Positions 62,101 through 64,000 of a DNA stretch of 64,000 bases are shown one piece after another. How positions within the stretch are numbered: position 1 is the stretch's first letter; every line of letters starts with the position of its first letter. The notes below the pieces were generated by a model. The model ran no database searches, had not been told where the DNA came from, and saw only the letters and a list, made by a program, of their open reading frames with translations. This DNA comes from Antedon mediterranea (Eukaryota > Animalia > Echinodermata): the NCBI RefSeq assembly GCF_964355755.1, contig NC_092678.1:18121365-18185364 (forward strand), written 5' to 3'. A program made the position numbers and the translations under genes.

Positions 62101-64000
62101 TTGATATGGTTTTAAAATGTCTTCATAAAATTGACATTTTTTCTTCTACCGTGACTATCTATAAAAAAGAGAAACACCCTTTTTTTGGTGAACAAGTTTC
62201 CTGTATAATGTACTCTTATTTTCTATTTAGTAATACGTTATGAGTACAGTAGAGAACCCTCCTTTGAGACATCGCTGTTAAGGGAACACTGTTGAGTGTC
62301 AAAAGCGTTCCTTATTAGGCGTTCTACTGGATATTTATTTGTTAATAAAAATGGTGTGGACATTATGAAATAAGTGGAGTGAAGTTGTGGCTTGGTGGTT
62401 ATGTTGCTTGGCTACCAATCTAAGGGTCCTGTGTTCAAGTCCTGTCATGTCAGAAATTTTTCTCATGACAACTCCACTCTCAAAGACTTTTAAGTCTTTG
62501 TTTGTAGAGCATCTTGTGTATAATGTTTGTTGTGTGTGAATAGGAGAGCCACATTTGAGAAAAGGACAGTGATTGAGTTCACTTGTGGTTATCCTTGGCA
62601 ATTTGCCTAAAATTGAATAAAAAAATAAAAATAATAACTGATTGACAAAATAACTAAAACCTCTAAATCATCCTGCAGCACACAGAACATGATCACAAAA
62701 TACAACGAGGGATGAAGCTGGAAGCTGCAAATCCGTTGATGAGGAATGGCAAGATGTACGTAGCGACCATAACAAAGATCATTGATCGATATGCATGGGT
62801 GCACTTTGATGGTTTTCGTTATCCTAACGTGATCGTTGATATCGAGTCCGATACGCTGTTTCCTGTAGGCTGGTGCGAGGCTAACAACAACCCTCTACGA
62901 GTGTCCTCAAAACTTCTACCAAGTAAGTTGTTTTAGTTACAGTAGAATCTTTAGTACAACTTCATTAAGGGGACTCACCAGGGCCCCACATTTTTCAGGG
63001 AAGTTCCTATTTAAGGGACACTTTGCTTAATCACTCCCTGGCTCTATCTCCTCTGTCTATTTATAGAGGGCACAATATGATTTTTTTTATGGTAAAAATA
63101 GTGGTTCCATGTCCCCAAACACTAGAGGGTGCTATATAAATGTTTATGATACTGCCTAGTACTTGTGTAAATGTTTACATTTTTTTTTTCAGTCAAAAAG
63201 CCGAAGGTGTCCGTAGTATGGAATGACAAAACGTAAGTTTTTAACTTCAAAACAACCTCATGAGTTTATATGCTAAGTAAATCTATTAAATATTTATTTA
63301 GGGTTAACTTTTACGTCACAACAGTCATTACTTCCATCACAGATGAATTAATAGTAATAATTAGTTATTTACTTTTGTAGAAAGAGGTCTTTGCACGGAA
63401 CACCCATGAGCCCAGGTCGTGACCTCTATCAGCGATTGCAAAGCCACAAAGGGGATGAAGGAGAAAGTGGTAAGTAGTAATCATATGCTAGGACAGGTCA
63501 TATAATAAGAATGCCCATGAACCCAGGTCATAACCTTTATTAACGATTGCAAAGTGATAAGGGGGATGAAGGAGAAACTGGTTTGTAATCATCATGCTAG
63601 GTCAGGTCATGGAATAAGAATGCCCATGAACCCAGGTCATGACCTCTGTCAATGATTACAAAGAGGATGAATAACAATTTGATATAAATACGGATTATAT
63701 TTTTTCATTAAATGTATGGTGAAATGTTAAACTTCAATTTGTATATGAATTGCAATGAAGATAATTGATTATTTATTGATTGATTGATTGATACTGTTTT
63801 TTTTTTCAGCATCGGGTAAAGGATCAATCTTGATTCCAAAGGTTTTCTTCAACCACAAATGCTTTTCGGGGCCTTACTTGAATAAAGGCCGAATAGCAGA
63901 ATTACCGAAGGCTATAGGACCTGGAATGGTGACGCTAGTACTTAAAGAGATTATGTCGCTTCTGATTAACGCAGCTTACAAGCCACCACGTGTACTACGC
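50028..64000 (+). CDS. SFMBT1: Scm-like with four MBT domains protein (SFMBT1/2 orthologue), 3'-incomplete
   Basis: Exons 50028-52958, 53134-53243, 53855-53991, 54642-54808, 55123-55375, 55539-55627, 59096-59339, 60433-60539, 61354-61603, 61992-62074, 62679-62922, 63193-63232, 63381-63469, 63810->64000, all phases consistent. Four MBT repeats ([42 protein letters not shown]; PGMFLEV..HPLGWA; [16 protein letters not shown]; [16 protein letters not shown]), then SLED start [33 protein letters not shown]. An in-frame TAG at 50007-50009 precedes the ATG. Confidence 0.93.
51765..52545 (+). repeat. Coding hexapeptide repeat array (PQVISQ / SQVISQ / QQLNSQ)
   Basis: About 40 imperfect 18-bp units such as cctcaagtcatctcacag within the giant SFMBT exon. 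Confidence 0.9.
55712..55836. mobile_element. Degenerate MITE family A copy
   Basis: gacgcaac..gcaagcaaattgaccaat..cgcttgtgattggtc..ggaaccaagct; other decayed copies at ~31178-31315 and ~53690-53770. Confidence 0.6.
56427..57002. mobile_element. Non-autonomous TIR element with ACTCCGGAG subterminal repeats
   Basis: TACCCC(T)TTCACACCAAAA...TTTTGGTGTGAAAGGGGTA. The TSD is either CTA (3 bp) or TA with CCC/GGG termini, so the superfamily (CMC vs Academ-like) is ambiguous. Confidence 0.8.
57165..58868 (+). repeat. 17-bp satellite (gaattagaatgtcccct) x ~100 in an SFMBT intron
   Basis: Uninterrupted array with variant blocks (tctcc, tcgcc, gacttaaaat). Confidence 0.98.
59390..59537. mobile_element. 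MITE family B copy
   Basis: AGCTCTGTCTACACTATCAAA..tgtgatgtgcccaaa..gacatcatcatgtccat, homologous to 7519-7664. Confidence 0.7.
59815..60343. mobile_element. CMC/EnSpm-type MITE (CCC..GGG, TA flanks, CGTATACG subterminal repeats)
   Basis: TA|CCCTTTGCAAAAAAGCCGTATACG...CGTATACGGCTTTTTTGCAAAGGG|TA; nested in a decayed gacctctatt..gtgtccccttaatagagg MITE. Confidence 0.8.
63403..63672 (+). repeat. ~110-bp tandem triplication spanning an SFMBT exon donor
   Basis: cccatga(g/a)cccaggtc(g/a)t starts at 63403 (exonic), 63514 and 63623. Confidence 0.88.

Noticed and set aside
62385-62450. tRNA-like sequences (also ~31-104, 16565-16620, 17545-17600, 21006-21090)
   Set aside because: A/B boxes are present but no complete cloverleaf; treated as SINE heads or TE cargo, not tRNA genes.

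Overview
AT-rich, intron-containing animal genomic DNA, probably from an invertebrate deuterostome such as an echinoderm (inference). Three spliced genes were reconstructed by hand from GT-AG sites with consistent phases. NDUFAF3 (+, 10741-12744) has 5 exons and 201 aa. STIMATE/TMEM110 (-, 28164-16995) has 6 exons and 292 aa. An SFMBT1/2-type Polycomb gene (+, from 50028, running off the window) has four MBT repeats, the start of a SLED domain, and an unusual ~1100-aa Q/S/P/T-rich N-terminal extension. The rest is dense with mobile DNA: a 14.3-kb CCC..GGG CMC/EnSpm-type element (31781-46080) carrying a 183-bp satellite, foldbacks, a DUF4806-like gene remnant and a minimal hammerhead-ribozyme motif; an internally deleted Sola3 element with a nested Deu/Nin-domain SINE; many MITEs; Helitron/Helentron-like ends; a 17-bp satellite apparently derived from a MITE; and a 2.1-kb tandem duplication. 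All family assignments come from recognition of motifs and termini, not from database searches.
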